Below are positions 8,348 through 16,908 of a DNA stretch of 29,214 bases, piece by piece. The notes under the pieces were generated by a model. The model searched no databases and was not told the origin of the DNA. It saw only the letters and a program-made list of their open reading frames with translations. The DNA is taken from positions 1 to 29,214 of IMG/VR virus record IMGVR_UViG_3300032225_002514; one strand, written 5' to 3'. The number at the start of each line of letters is the position of its first letter. Position 1 is the stretch's first letter. This DNA comes from a virus (lineage: Duplodnaviria > Caudoviricetes). The position numbers were made by a program, and so were the translations under genes.

Positions 8348-9146
8348 TATTTCCTATTCTAATATTCGCAAGACCAATATAGTCTTGTTGTAATTCAAAT
8401 CCCATCCAATTTCTACCTAACTTTTTAGCAGCAACCGCAGTTGTACCAGTACCCATAAAGATATCTAATACTAAGTCACCTTTATCAGTCGAGCCTTTAA
8501 TAAAGTATTCAATAAGTTCAACCGGAAAAACAGCAACGTGATTATCAGCAATTCTTTTTGATTCAGATGAAATGTTTACTAAGGTGGTTGGTAAAGCACC
8601 TTTAGGATTTGGAGCCCAATCTTTATACTCTAAATCATCATCACCTTCAGTTCTAGCAAATCTTTTCTTTAGAGGTTTAGTCATTCTCTTAATAGACTTC
8701 TCAGAATACTCAGTTCTCATTTCATCAAGATTAAACTTGAATCCTTTTTCTTTGGCAAACCAAAATAAGTATTCTACTCTATCACCAAATCTGGCTCTAT
8801 TAGGAAGACTTTTTAATTTATTCCAGAACAATCTCTCAAACATTTTTAATCCTGTTTGTTTATGTAGTTCTGATATTAAATCAAAGACATAAGGATGTCT
8901 AAAGCCATTCTCAACTTTATCATTGATATTTAAGATGAAAGATCCAGTCGGTTTAATAACTCTTTCTATTTCTTTACAATAAGGAATAAACCAATTGACA
9001 TAATCTTTGGCTAAGATTCCACCGTTATCTATATAAACTTTTAGATCGGCATAAGGCGGAGATGTTATTACCAAGTCAACAAAGTTGTCTGGTAGTTGTT
9101 TCAGTAACTCTAAAGAATCACCTTGATGAATAGCATTAATTTCCAT
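8322..9146 (-). CDS. Orphan DNA methyltransferase, beta class (N4-cytosine/N6-adenine)
   Basis: TSPPY catalytic motif near the N-terminus, DIFMGTGTT SAM-binding motif near the C-terminus, HVAVFP motif; TAG stop. Confidence 0.92.
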   Translation of the reverse strand: MEINAIHQGDSLELLKQLPDNFVDLVITSPPYADLKVYIDNGGILAKDYVNWFIPYCKEIERVIKPTGSFILNINDKVENGFRHPYVFDLISELHKQTGLKMFERLFWNKLKSLPNRARFGDRVEYLFWFAKEKGFKFNLDEMRTEYSEKSIKRMTKPLKKRFARTEGDDDLEYKDWAPNPKGALPTTLVNISSESKRIADNHVAVFPVELIEYFIKGSTDKGDLVLDIFMGTGTTAVAAKKLGRNWMGFELQQDYIGLANIRIGNNVETKNTK

Positions 9147-9179
9147 AGACGTTATATTCTATGGAAATTAATAAGTTTA

Positions 9180-9632
9180 TTATTTACTTAATCCAAAAAT
9201 ACCAAGAACTTTGTTTATTTTATTATCACGATAAGTAGATAGGCTAATACCTTTAGCGATATTATCTAAAGCATCTTCAACTATTTTTTCAGATGGTTTC
9301 ATATCTTTACAATACTTATCCATAATTACTTTTCGGAATTCAACAATAATATCTTTTACATCATTGTTACCACCATAGATATAATAAGCACCATTTGGTA
9401 ACTTTTCATTTCTAATCCAAATTGAAGGTGAAGATTCTAATTGCCAAACATCACTATTACTTAGTGTGTATTTAACCTCAGTTTCATATTTTGTACCATC
9501 TTCAGCAACGGCATAATACTCACGATGATAATTTCTTTTATCTGGTGAACCTTTATCTATCCAATCTAACTCACCATTTTTAGTGGATAGTATTAGATTT
9601 TCTATAATCATTTTAACTTTATCACTTATCAT
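9180..9632 (-). CDS. Hypothetical protein, tag near the C-terminus (RDNKINKVLGIFGLSK*)
   Basis: ORF track gives 9180..9659; ATGA-coupled start at 9632 preferred. Confidence 0.8.
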   Translation of the reverse strand: MISDKVKMIIENLILSTKNGELDWIDKGSPDKRNYHREYYAVAEDGTKYETEVKYTLSNSDVWQLESSPSIWIRNEKLPNGAYYIYGGNNDVKDIIVEFRKVIMDKYCKDMKPSEKIVEDALDNIAKGISLSTYRDNKINKVLGIFGLSK

Positions 9633-9841
9633 AATTGTTTGAATCTTTTTAATACCCATTGTAATTCATGTTCCATATATTCATTACCATAAAGTACATG
9701 ATTTAGAACAATGAATGTTTTTACTTGTTCATTATCGACATAAAGAACTTCATATTCTTTACCCCTTTCAAATAAGGGCCAACCAAAGACATTATTAACA
9801 TCTTCTGTACATAAAAGTTTATCTCCTTTTTTGATTGCCAT
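9629..9841 (-). CDS. Small beta-rich hypothetical protein (untagged relative of 6208 and 7824)
   Basis: 70 aa; KKGDKLLC...FERGKEYEV. Confidence 0.75.
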   Translation of the reverse strand: MAIKKGDKLLCTEDVNNVFGWPLFERGKEYEVLYVDNEQVKTFIVLNHVLYGNEYMEHELQWVLKRFKQL

Positions 9842-9877
9842 TTATTATTTTGTTTACTTATTTTATAATTGAAAGTT

Positions 9878-10117
9878 ATATAAGTTGAGCGTACCCGACA
9901 TTTTGCTTTATGCCATCATTTATCTCACCTTTCAGTGGTCCCGAAGGACTGCCACAACCCGACCATCATAGAGGAACCGACACTCTAGATCTGTATGTGT
10001 TGCTACTTCCTCGGTACAAACGAACTTTCAATTTCTTTACTTATTCTCCCGTGTTAGGTTCTGTAGTGTCGAAGTTTCTCTAGTATTTCTACCAGCGATA
10101 GCTTCTCTGACTTATAT
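9878..10117 (-). ncRNA. rnpB: Minimal type-A RNase P RNA (about 240 nt)
   Basis: Hand-folded: P1 AUAUAAGU/ACUUAUAU; P2 GCUAUCG/UGAUGGC; P3 CUGGUA-GAAA-UACUAG; P4 AC(U)UCGACA/UGUCGGGU with bulged U; P5 CUAC/GUAG followed by CAA; P6 GAAC/GUUC; P15 CAC/GUG with GGU; P17 UAGAG/CUCUA; P18 CACU-GAAA-GGUG; J18/2 AGAUAAAUG. Confidence 0.88.
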
Positions 10118-10582
10118 TATACTTCCAATTTTCATATCTCGTAAGACAATTTTCACATTGTCTTTATTCTTTTCTAATACTTCACCAACAAATCTTTCAG
10201 TTAGATGATGTAGTCCTCTTTTATCTGGTACATCAGATATCAGATTCATTGGTCCGATATACTCTTCAAACTTTTCAGACATTTGTACCAAATTCATCCT
10301 TCGAGTTGAGTGAAGATACATTAAAATATTTTTTACTTCTACAGAATATTTTTCATATACACGCCATCTTTTCCAATAATCAAGAAAAAAGTTAGTCATA
10401 TCATCGGGTGTGTACATTTTATACTCAACGATTGGTTCAAAACCAATCCAGTAATTATATTTTTCAAGAATATAGTCTGGACTATGACTCAAAAGATCAT
10501 TATTATGAATAAACTTACTGAAGTTCACATTGAACTTAGTTAGATTCACAATTTGATTATATTCTTTATTTAAAGATACCAT
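10112..10582 (-). CDS. Hypothetical protein, C-terminal tag (RDMKIGSII*)
   Basis: ORF track gives 10112..10669; ATG 10582 preferred (5 nt after TATATTTG at 10588-10595); its stop codon overlaps the RNase P RNA 5' end. Confidence 0.8.
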   Translation of the reverse strand: MVSLNKEYNQIVNLTKFNVNFSKFIHNNDLLSHSPDYILEKYNYWIGFEPIVEYKMYTPDDMTNFFLDYWKRWRVYEKYSVEVKNILMYLHSTRRMNLVQMSEKFEEYIGPMNLISDVPDKRGLHHLTERFVGEVLEKNKDNVKIVLRDMKIGSII

Positions 10583-10587
10583 TTCTA

Positions 10588-10595
10588 CAAATATA
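10588..10595 (-). promoter_or_regulatory. Bacteroidota -7 element, leaderless geometry
   Basis: TATATTTG-N5-ATG. Confidence 0.7.
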
Positions 10596-10654
10596 CTAAA
10601 AATTAAAACAAAAACAATGGTTTTTAATATATAAATAAAATTCATTTTCGAAAC

Positions 10655-11629
10655 ATGAAAATTAAACATAAAGTTGTTAAGGAGTTTCAGTATTTAAGTC
10701 CTGATAAAAAAATCTTTATACTTAAAGTAGGTGCTATTTTAGAAGAATATATCTATAAAGTAAAGACTGAACTTATTCCTATTGATAAAGCCATTATTGA
10801 TAATAATCCGGAATTTTTCGAGGTAATAGATTGGAAAGCCGAATTACTAACATTTATGAGAGCTGAAAAAATGCCTCAACCTGCTCAGTTAGGTAAAAAA
10901 TTAATTCCATTCTTTGAAGATATGATTATGTCTTCAATTCAACATGATACAATTCCATCTATGGATCCTGCTTTGATGAAGGATGTTGAAAGAAGAGAAT
11001 CCGAATTAAATACTTTTAAAAGAGATTTAGATAGAAGAGAAACTGACTTAGAATCAAGAGATAGAAGAATCAAAGATAGAGAAGACGAAATTGAAATCAG
11101 ACTTAAAAGAGTAGAAAAAAGAGAAGATGAGTATAAGTTAGATCTTAAAACTTTAGAAAAGAAAGATGATGAGATTAGAGCTAAGAATAGAGTTATAACT
11201 GAAAAAGAATTAGACTTACAAGAGAAATTACAAGAGTTAAATGAAAGAGAAAGAAATCTTGATAGAACTGCTCTCTCATCTGCTAAAGAATATGATTCTA
11301 AATATGCGGAACTTCAAACTAAAATTGATTCTGATTTAGCGGATCTTTCTAAGAGAGAAAAAGAATTAGAATCTGGCTTCAAAAAAGTTAAAGAATTAGA
11401 GTCTAAATTAGAGTCTAGGATGAATGAAATTACAGAAGCTAATAAAAGTAAAATATATGCTGATTTAGAGTCTGAGTTAAGAGGAATTGAAGCAGAGGTT
11501 AGAAATATTAGTGGTATAGCTGATGCTCTTACAGGGTTTAATCATCCAGTGGTTATTCAAGTTGCCAGTGAATTAACAAGAGCAATACAAAAGCTAAAAG
11601 ATAGAGTTGATAATAATATGTTTGACTAA
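10655..11629 (+). CDS. Long coiled-coil protein
   Basis: 324 aa; about 200 aa of E/K/R-rich heptads; AATATATA at 10626-10633. Confidence 0.85.
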   Translation: MKIKHKVVKEFQYLSPDKKIFILKVGAILEEYIYKVKTELIPIDKAIIDNNPEFFEVIDWKAELLTFMRAEKMPQPAQLGKKLIPFFEDMIMSSIQHDTIPSMDPALMKDVERRESELNTFKRDLDRRETDLESRDRRIKDREDEIEIRLKRVEKREDEYKLDLKTLEKKDDEIRAKNRVITEKELDLQEKLQELNERERNLDRTALSSAKEYDSKYAELQTKIDSDLADLSKREKELESGFKKVKELESKLESRMNEITEANKSKIYADLESELRGIEAEVRNISGIADALTGFNHPVVIQVASELTRAIQKLKDRVDNNMFD

Positions 11630-11632
11630 ATA

Positions 11633-11660
11633 AAAAAACCCACTCTAAAGTGGGTTTTTT
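11633..11660. terminator. Bidirectional rho-independent terminator
   Basis: AAAAAACCCACT-CTAA-AGTGGGTTTTTT between convergent genes. Confidence 0.9.
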
Positions 11661-12231
11661 ATTCATCATCATTAGGTAATGGCTTCCAAAATTCAATAGT
11701 CATATATTCAGTAGAGCCATTTTTGACACCATCAATGTGGTAACTTTCAAATCCTAATTCTTTTATCCTACCAAATACTTCTTCAAAGTTAATTTGAAAA
11801 AATATATTTTTCATTCTTATCTCAACAGCATATCTATCATCATTAAATTTAGATGTTTTAGAAACTTCAACTTTACCCATATCAGAGTAGTCTAAAAATA
11901 TCTCTTTTATATCTTCTACTAAATCTCTATTTACATATTTAACAAAATGTTTACAATCATAATAAACATCAAGTAACTTATCTATTGTATAAAAATCTCC
12001 AGTTAAATCTTCAATAAGTTGTCTAACAACTTCTTCAGCTAGAATTTCAGCATCTCCTCTTAATCTATCAGCTTCTCTACAATCCCAAATTAATTCATCA
12101 ATTTGATTATGTAGACTGTCTACTGAATGACTATTATAATAGATAGGCAGAACTCTAACAATATCATCAGCGTATTTCAACATTAACTCTTCTGGATTTT
12201 CTTTAGATTCAAAATATTTTAAAAATCTCAT
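11659..12231 (-). CDS. Hypothetical protein with MRFLKYFES leader (possible virion-internal protein)
   Basis: 190 aa; TATATATA just upstream. Confidence 0.8.
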   Translation of the reverse strand: MRFLKYFESKENPEELMLKYADDIVRVLPIYYNSHSVDSLHNQIDELIWDCREADRLRGDAEILAEEVVRQLIEDLTGDFYTIDKLLDVYYDCKHFVKYVNRDLVEDIKEIFLDYSDMGKVEVSKTSKFNDDRYAVEIRMKNIFFQINFEEVFGRIKELGFESYHIDGVKNGSTEYMTIEFWKPLPNDDE

Positions 12232-12265
12232 ATCCTATATATAAAATTTAATATATACTTTCATA

Positions 12266-13000
12266 ATGGATAACTTAAAGAAACTCTATAATTACTTAAA
12301 GAAGCAAAAAGATAAAAAAATTGTTTTCTTAACTACATCAAATAGATGGGAAGGTGAAAAAGAACTTCCTAAATCTTCTATTGTTGCTGATGAATTATGT
12401 AAGAGATTAGATAATTGTCAGATTATTGATGTTGCTAAACTTAAAATATTTTCTTGTGAAGGTAATGTTTCTAATAAGAAAGGTAACGGTTGTGGCGTAA
12501 AAGACGCTAAATTAGATGATGATAAAAAGAATCCAACTGGTCACATAAGATGTTGGGCATCACTTAATAATAAATCAGATGAGATGTATAAAGTAGCAAA
12601 TGCTATCTTTGAAGCTGATATAGTTATTTTCTTTGGTTCTATTCGTTGGGGTAAAATGAATGCTGTTTATACACAAATCATTGAAAGATTAACTTGGATA
12701 GAAAATAGAGACACTAATTTAGGTGAATCTAGTCTTATCAAAGATAAAGAAGCTGGTATCATTGCTATTGGTCACAACTGGAATGGTGAAGAAGCTGTTA
12801 AGTTAGAAAAACAAGTTCTTTCTTTCTTTGGTTTCAAAACTCCAGATGTTTTATCATTCAACTGGCAGTGGACTAAAGATAAATTTGATGAAAGTAAGTC
12901 TGGTTATAAACAAGACTTCCCAGATTTCTTAAAAGAATTTAACTTTGTTGAATCACTACAAGAGTCAATAATGAAATTTAGAAATTGGATTAAAATATAA
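12266..13000 (+). CDS. Flavodoxin-fold / NADPH-dependent FMN reductase-like protein
   Basis: TTSNR..KSS loop, CEG...C...CW cysteines, ADIVIFFGSIRWG...ERL motif; AATATATA at 12250-12257. Confidence 0.75.
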   Translation: MDNLKKLYNYLKKQKDKKIVFLTTSNRWEGEKELPKSSIVADELCKRLDNCQIIDVAKLKIFSCEGNVSNKKGNGCGVKDAKLDDDKKNPTGHIRCWASLNNKSDEMYKVANAIFEADIVIFFGSIRWGKMNAVYTQIIERLTWIENRDTNLGESSLIKDKEAGIIAIGHNWNGEEAVKLEKQVLSFFGFKTPDVLSFNWQWTKDKFDESKSGYKQDFPDFLKEFNFVESLQESIMKFRNWIKI

Positions 13001-13028
13001 AACCTCTCAATTTGAGAGGTTTTCTTTT
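12999..13028. terminator. Rho-independent terminator (probably bidirectional)
   Basis: AAAACCTCTCAA-T-TTGAGAGGTTTT inverted repeat followed by a T-rich tail. Confidence 0.85.
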
Positions 13029-13108
13029 CTATAAAAAATCCAGTGTTGAATTTTGAAAAATTTCAAGTATTATTTAGTAAGAATAGGCATCATGATGTTA
13101 CATGACTT

Positions 13109-13342
13109 TTATATAGAGAACAAGCAAGCATCGATTTCAGCACCAATAGTAGAGTCGATTTTTTTCTTATCAATCATATCAATGATTAAAAGACTTTGAT
13201 AAACAACAAGAATATCAGTGCCGTTTATAGAACCTTGAATAAATCTAGAAAGAGCATCACAGAAATTTGAATATTCTGAAATACCGTCATATTTCTCAAG
13301 TATTGACCAAAGGATTGCTTTATTTTCTGTAGTGATTTTCAT
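13109..13342 (-). CDS. Hypothetical protein (probably leaderless)
   Basis: 77 aa; promoter ends 4 nt before the ATG. Confidence 0.75.
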   Translation of the reverse strand: MKITTENKAILWSILEKYDGISEYSNFCDALSRFIQGSINGTDILVVYQSLLIIDMIDKKKIDSTIGAEIDACLFSI

Positions 13343-13346
13343 ACTA

Positions 13347-13378
13347 CAAATATAAGCAAAATTACCTAATTTACCAAA
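13347..13378 (-). promoter_or_regulatory. Bacteroidota -33/-7 promoter
   Basis: TTTG-N20-TATATTTG-N4-ATG. Confidence 0.8.
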
Positions 13379-13747
13379 TTAAAAAGGCATCAAAGTAGCG
13401 TTTTCTTTTGAAAGTTTTTCTTTTAATTTAATCAACTTAAATATTTGAGAGTTAGACCTTCCTGGAAACTTATATTTATTTTTAACTAACCAATCTAAGT
13501 CTTTTATTCTTTGAGAACAAACTTTGATATAAATAACCTGCCACTTAGTTTTTGAAGGAGTTATTTGTTCAGTATCCATCATAAGTAGCTTTAATACATC
13601 AGCCTTAGCATCAGCCTGACGAATGCTATCACAAAACTTATTCATCTTATCACTAAGATCTTTTTGAATAAAAGGTATAGCATGACCTTCAACAAGATGT
13701 TCAATTATCTTTTTGTCAATCATATTAAATACACTTTCTGCCTTCAT
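13379..13747 (-). CDS. Hypothetical protein (probably leaderless)
   Basis: 122 aa; promoter ends 4 nt before the ATG. Confidence 0.75.
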   Translation of the reverse strand: MKAESVFNMIDKKIIEHLVEGHAIPFIQKDLSDKMNKFCDSIRQADAKADVLKLLMMDTEQITPSKTKWQVIYIKVCSQRIKDLDWLVKNKYKFPGRSNSQIFKLIKLKEKLSKENATLMPF

Positions 13748-13751
13748 ATTA

Positions 13752-13782
13752 CAAAGATAGTAAAAAAATTATAAATAACAAA
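13752..13782 (-). promoter_or_regulatory. Bacteroidota -33/-7 promoter
   Basis: TTTG-N19-TATCTTTG-N4-ATG. Confidence 0.8.
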
Positions 13783-13785
13783 GAA

Positions 13786-16005
13786 TTATCTAACAATAGT
13801 CACATAACCCATAATAACTCTTTTCTCTGAGGAGTTTAAAACTTTAAACTGAGACTTCCAAAAATAACAACCATCTGGAACATAATATCCATTATAAGAA
13901 CCATCCCACTCACTATTTATATCATGACTCTCCCAAATCATTTGACCCCATCTATTAAATATAGACATAGTGAAGTCTTGCTCATCAACACCTGATAAGT
14001 AGAATTTCCAAGTTGAATTAAATTCATCATCACCTGGTGTGAAAGCATTAGGTATATAAGCTAATACATCTGGGTTAACAATTAAAACAACAGAAGATGA
14101 ATCGCTACAACCTAAACTATTTTGAACTATTAGAGTAATTAAATATTGACCTATAATTCCCTCTGGGTATGTAAAATTTGGAGCAGGTAAGTTACTAGTT
14201 AGTTCTAAAGATCCAGGCGCCGACCAATTCCAAGATACAATATTAGGAGCCGAGTAATCAAATGTTGTAACAGTTGTTTCAAACATTGTTGTTGGATTCG
14301 GACCAACCATAAATTGAGAAACTGGTAGTGAAACTGTTTCTACTATATTATTGAATGTTTGAATATAAGTACACCCATAATCATTGACTGTTGTTACTAT
14401 AACATCCCAAATACCAACTGTGTTATAAGTATGTGTGAAGTTAGAATTTGATAATATATTATCAGTGGTTCCATCACCATAATCTATTACTGAACTAACA
14501 ATATTAGCAACAGGATTAGAATTATTAATAAAGTTAAATGTACCTGGAACACAAAGAATAGTATCTATAGGTGATAATAAAATATTTATAGGTGTTGGAA
14601 AATCAATAAAAATAGTTGAGTCTATACTACAACCATTATTGTCTGTTACAGAAACAGTATAGTTACCGCCAGCAAGATTAATAATTGTATCATTTGATAA
14701 AACATTATTTAAGAAATAAGAATATTGAGGTGTAGCACCATTAGAATAAACTAGAATTTGACCATCATTTAGTGAACAAGTAACATTTGATAAAGACAAG
14801 CTATCAAAAACTAACTGTGTTGGTTGTGTTATATTAACTGTAGTATTAGCAAAGCAACCATTTATATCAGTAACATTAACACTATAAGTACCCACACATA
14901 AATTAGTAGCGGTCTGTGTTGTTTGTCCATTTGACCATAAATAGCTATATAGTGGTGTTCCTGTTACCGGATTAACAGTAGCTGTTCCGTTACAATCATT
15001 AAAACAAAGAGGTTCGGTGAATGAAGTATTAATAAGAATATTAGGTGGGCCAGGTACAACAAGTACAGTATCTGGTCCAGGACCAGCAACACCCGCATTA
15101 CAAGTTGTCCAGCCAGCATTACAACTTGGATAAATAGGATGACAAGTGTATTGTGTAGGTATTAAAGGATTTACGACTATGCTAGGTCCTGTTCCAATAG
15201 CAACTGGGTTACCTACCTGATACCAAGTTAGAACAGGTGTAACTGGAGGTCCACTTGGTGTATATTTATAAGCATCATTGTTTACTGTCCAAACATTTCC
15301 ATTTCTACCAGGTACAGTCACTGCCGCGGTTCCTGTTAAATTGTGTAAACCTTGAACAGCAGAACCTGGATTAGTAACGGGCCAACTTAAACAATTTGGT
15401 TTAGTTTGAATATAGTTTTCAATATTATTACTTGATTCATAAATTACAATATGGAAAGTTCCTTGTAAACTTGTACAAGAAAACATAGGAACGCCAATCC
15501 AACTAACTGTTAATTTTCTACAAGGCGCAACACCAGTTGTTTGATAACGAATTTGACCACCTAAACCTGGATGCCAATCTTGCCAAGGTCCCATAATACA
15601 ATTCTTAGGAGTTGTTGCTGCTGGTGATGGAATACTAATTGAACTAAATGTAGTTGGTTGAGCAGGTGAGAAAGATATCCAACCATTTGAACCTACATAA
15701 AACTGAGTATATGTTTGTCCATAGAAACAAAATGTAAATCCAATTGGAAAAGGACCTTGTTGTGAATCATCAGACATAAATAATTGTGTTCCTGTATTTG
15801 CTTGAGCAACATAAGGAATTGGAGAAACCAAATAGTTAGTTGTTTGATTTGGATTTGTACCGCCACTACAAGCAGTTAGATCTGCAGTTAGCACAGCCGT
15901 ATTTATACCACAAGGTAAAATTTGATTAGGTCCTAATTCAGGACAGTTCTGTGAAATAGCAATAAAACTTATCACAGAGAATAGAATAGTTAACAACTTT
16001 CTCAT
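13786..16005 (-). CDS. Secreted adhesin-like protein: signal peptide, SprB repeats, PKD domains and a T9SS type-B (gliding-motility-associated) C-terminal domain
   Basis: MRKLLTILFSVISFIAIS|Q; PLCFNDCNGTATV...YSYLWSNG...TDINGC; DYGDG..FTHTY; YIPNAFTPGDD..IFNRWG..WDG..GYVTIVR. Confidence 0.9.
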   Translation of the reverse strand: MRKLLTILFSVISFIAISQNCPELGPNQILPCGINTAVLTADLTACSGGTNPNQTTNYLVSPIPYVAQANTGTQLFMSDDSQQGPFPIGFTFCFYGQTYTQFYVGSNGWISFSPAQPTTFSSISIPSPAATTPKNCIMGPWQDWHPGLGGQIRYQTTGVAPCRKLTVSWIGVPMFSCTSLQGTFHIVIYESSNNIENYIQTKPNCLSWPVTNPGSAVQGLHNLTGTAAVTVPGRNGNVWTVNNDAYKYTPSGPPVTPVLTWYQVGNPVAIGTGPSIVVNPLIPTQYTCHPIYPSCNAGWTTCNAGVAGPGPDTVLVVPGPPNILINTSFTEPLCFNDCNGTATVNPVTGTPLYSYLWSNGQTTQTATNLCVGTYSVNVTDINGCFANTTVNITQPTQLVFDSLSLSNVTCSLNDGQILVYSNGATPQYSYFLNNVLSNDTIINLAGGNYTVSVTDNNGCSIDSTIFIDFPTPINILLSPIDTILCVPGTFNFINNSNPVANIVSSVIDYGDGTTDNILSNSNFTHTYNTVGIWDVIVTTVNDYGCTYIQTFNNIVETVSLPVSQFMVGPNPTTMFETTVTTFDYSAPNIVSWNWSAPGSLELTSNLPAPNFTYPEGIIGQYLITLIVQNSLGCSDSSSVVLIVNPDVLAYIPNAFTPGDDEFNSTWKFYLSGVDEQDFTMSIFNRWGQMIWESHDINSEWDGSYNGYYVPDGCYFWKSQFKVLNSSEKRVIMGYVTIVR

Positions 16006-16167
16006 AAGTAAAAATAATTTTTTTAATAAAACAAATTCAAGCTATCTTTCAATTGGGTGACTAGCAAAAAGTATGTTAGAATATTAACCCAGATAACATA
16101 TTATATATCAAGTTAAATAAATCCTTATTTATAAAATGAAGACTTATTTAATGCGGATGAGCAAATA

Positions 16168-16731
16168 CTACTTTCTATTGAGCAAGTAGATAATTGCACC
16201 GGTTAAAGCACCACCAACGTGAGCAATATGACTTACACCGTCGTTACTACCAGTAAGTGCTAATAATAGTTCTATACTGAAAAATACACTGATAATATAT
16301 TTAACCTTAACCGGAATCAAAAAGTAAAGATGTAAAATTGTATTTGGATTAAATAAGGCATACATTACCATAACACCCCAAATAGCGCCTGATGCGCCTA
16401 AAACCGGATTGCTTATAAATAAAGCATGACATAAACCAGATACTATACCTATTAGTAAGTAATATTGTAAGAATTTCTTACTACCAAATCTTTCTTCAAT
16501 ATCTGGCCCAAATGTTATCAGACCTAACATATTAAAAAGAATGTGCATGAGAGAGCTATGTAAAAACATATATGTTATTAACTGATATGGTCGGAAATAT
16601 TCCGACTGAACATTAAACAATATAAAATTCTCAACGATTGGAGCCTTAAAGGCATAAAGAAGATATGTTACAATAAAAGCTATAACATTAATTCTCAATA
16701 ACTGTTTTACGGTAGGTGTTAAATTTATCAT
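16168..16731 (-). CDS. Rhomboid-family intramembrane serine protease
   Basis: FLH...HILFNM, GASG (catalytic Ser), AHVGG (catalytic His), multiple TM helices; TAG stop. Confidence 0.93.
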   Translation of the reverse strand: MINLTPTVKQLLRINVIAFIVTYLLYAFKAPIVENFILFNVQSEYFRPYQLITYMFLHSSLMHILFNMLGLITFGPDIEERFGSKKFLQYYLLIGIVSGLCHALFISNPVLGASGAIWGVMVMYALFNPNTILHLYFLIPVKVKYIISVFFSIELLLALTGSNDGVSHIAHVGGALTGAIIYLLNRK

Positions 16732-16904
16732 TTCTTATCTCTATTATCCATTACAATTCGCATACAACCGTTACACACAATAACTGGTCCGTCTTTAGTC
16801 ATTACGATTTGCCGATCACAAACACCTTGACAATCTTTAGTCATCACTGGTGCAAAATCCTTAAACAGATCTTTATCCTCTCTTTTCGGTCTCAAATGTT
16901 TCAT
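16728..16904 (-). CDS. Small zinc-ribbon protein (58 aa; not in the ORF track)
   Basis: MKHLRPKREDKDLFKDFAPVMTKDCQGVCDRQIVMTKDGPVIVCNGCMRIVMDNRDKK; ATGA overlap with the rhomboid gene; TATCTTTG-N4-ATG promoter. Confidence 0.8.
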   Translation of the reverse strand: MKHLRPKREDKDLFKDFAPVMTKDCQGVCDRQIVMTKDGPVIVCNGCMRIVMDNRDKK

Positions 16905-16908
16905 GAAA

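Noticed and set aside
8322-9146. Restriction-modification system
   Set aside because: No recognisable cognate endonuclease nearby; treated as an orphan methyltransferase
9878-10117. Group I intron or tmRNA as alternative identities for the structured RNA
   Set aside because: It interrupts no gene and has no tRNA-like ends or tag ORF; the P4, P5 and J18/2 signatures fit RNase P
16050-16095. Possible hairpin upstream of the T9SS gene (TGGGT...CTAGCA/TGTTAG...ACCCA)
   Set aside because: Weak, pairs better on the non-coding strand, and shows no known riboswitch signature
8322-16170. TAG recoding (code 15) acting within this window
   Set aside because: No gene is interrupted by TAG; read-through of the two TAG stops adds only short, unremarkable tails
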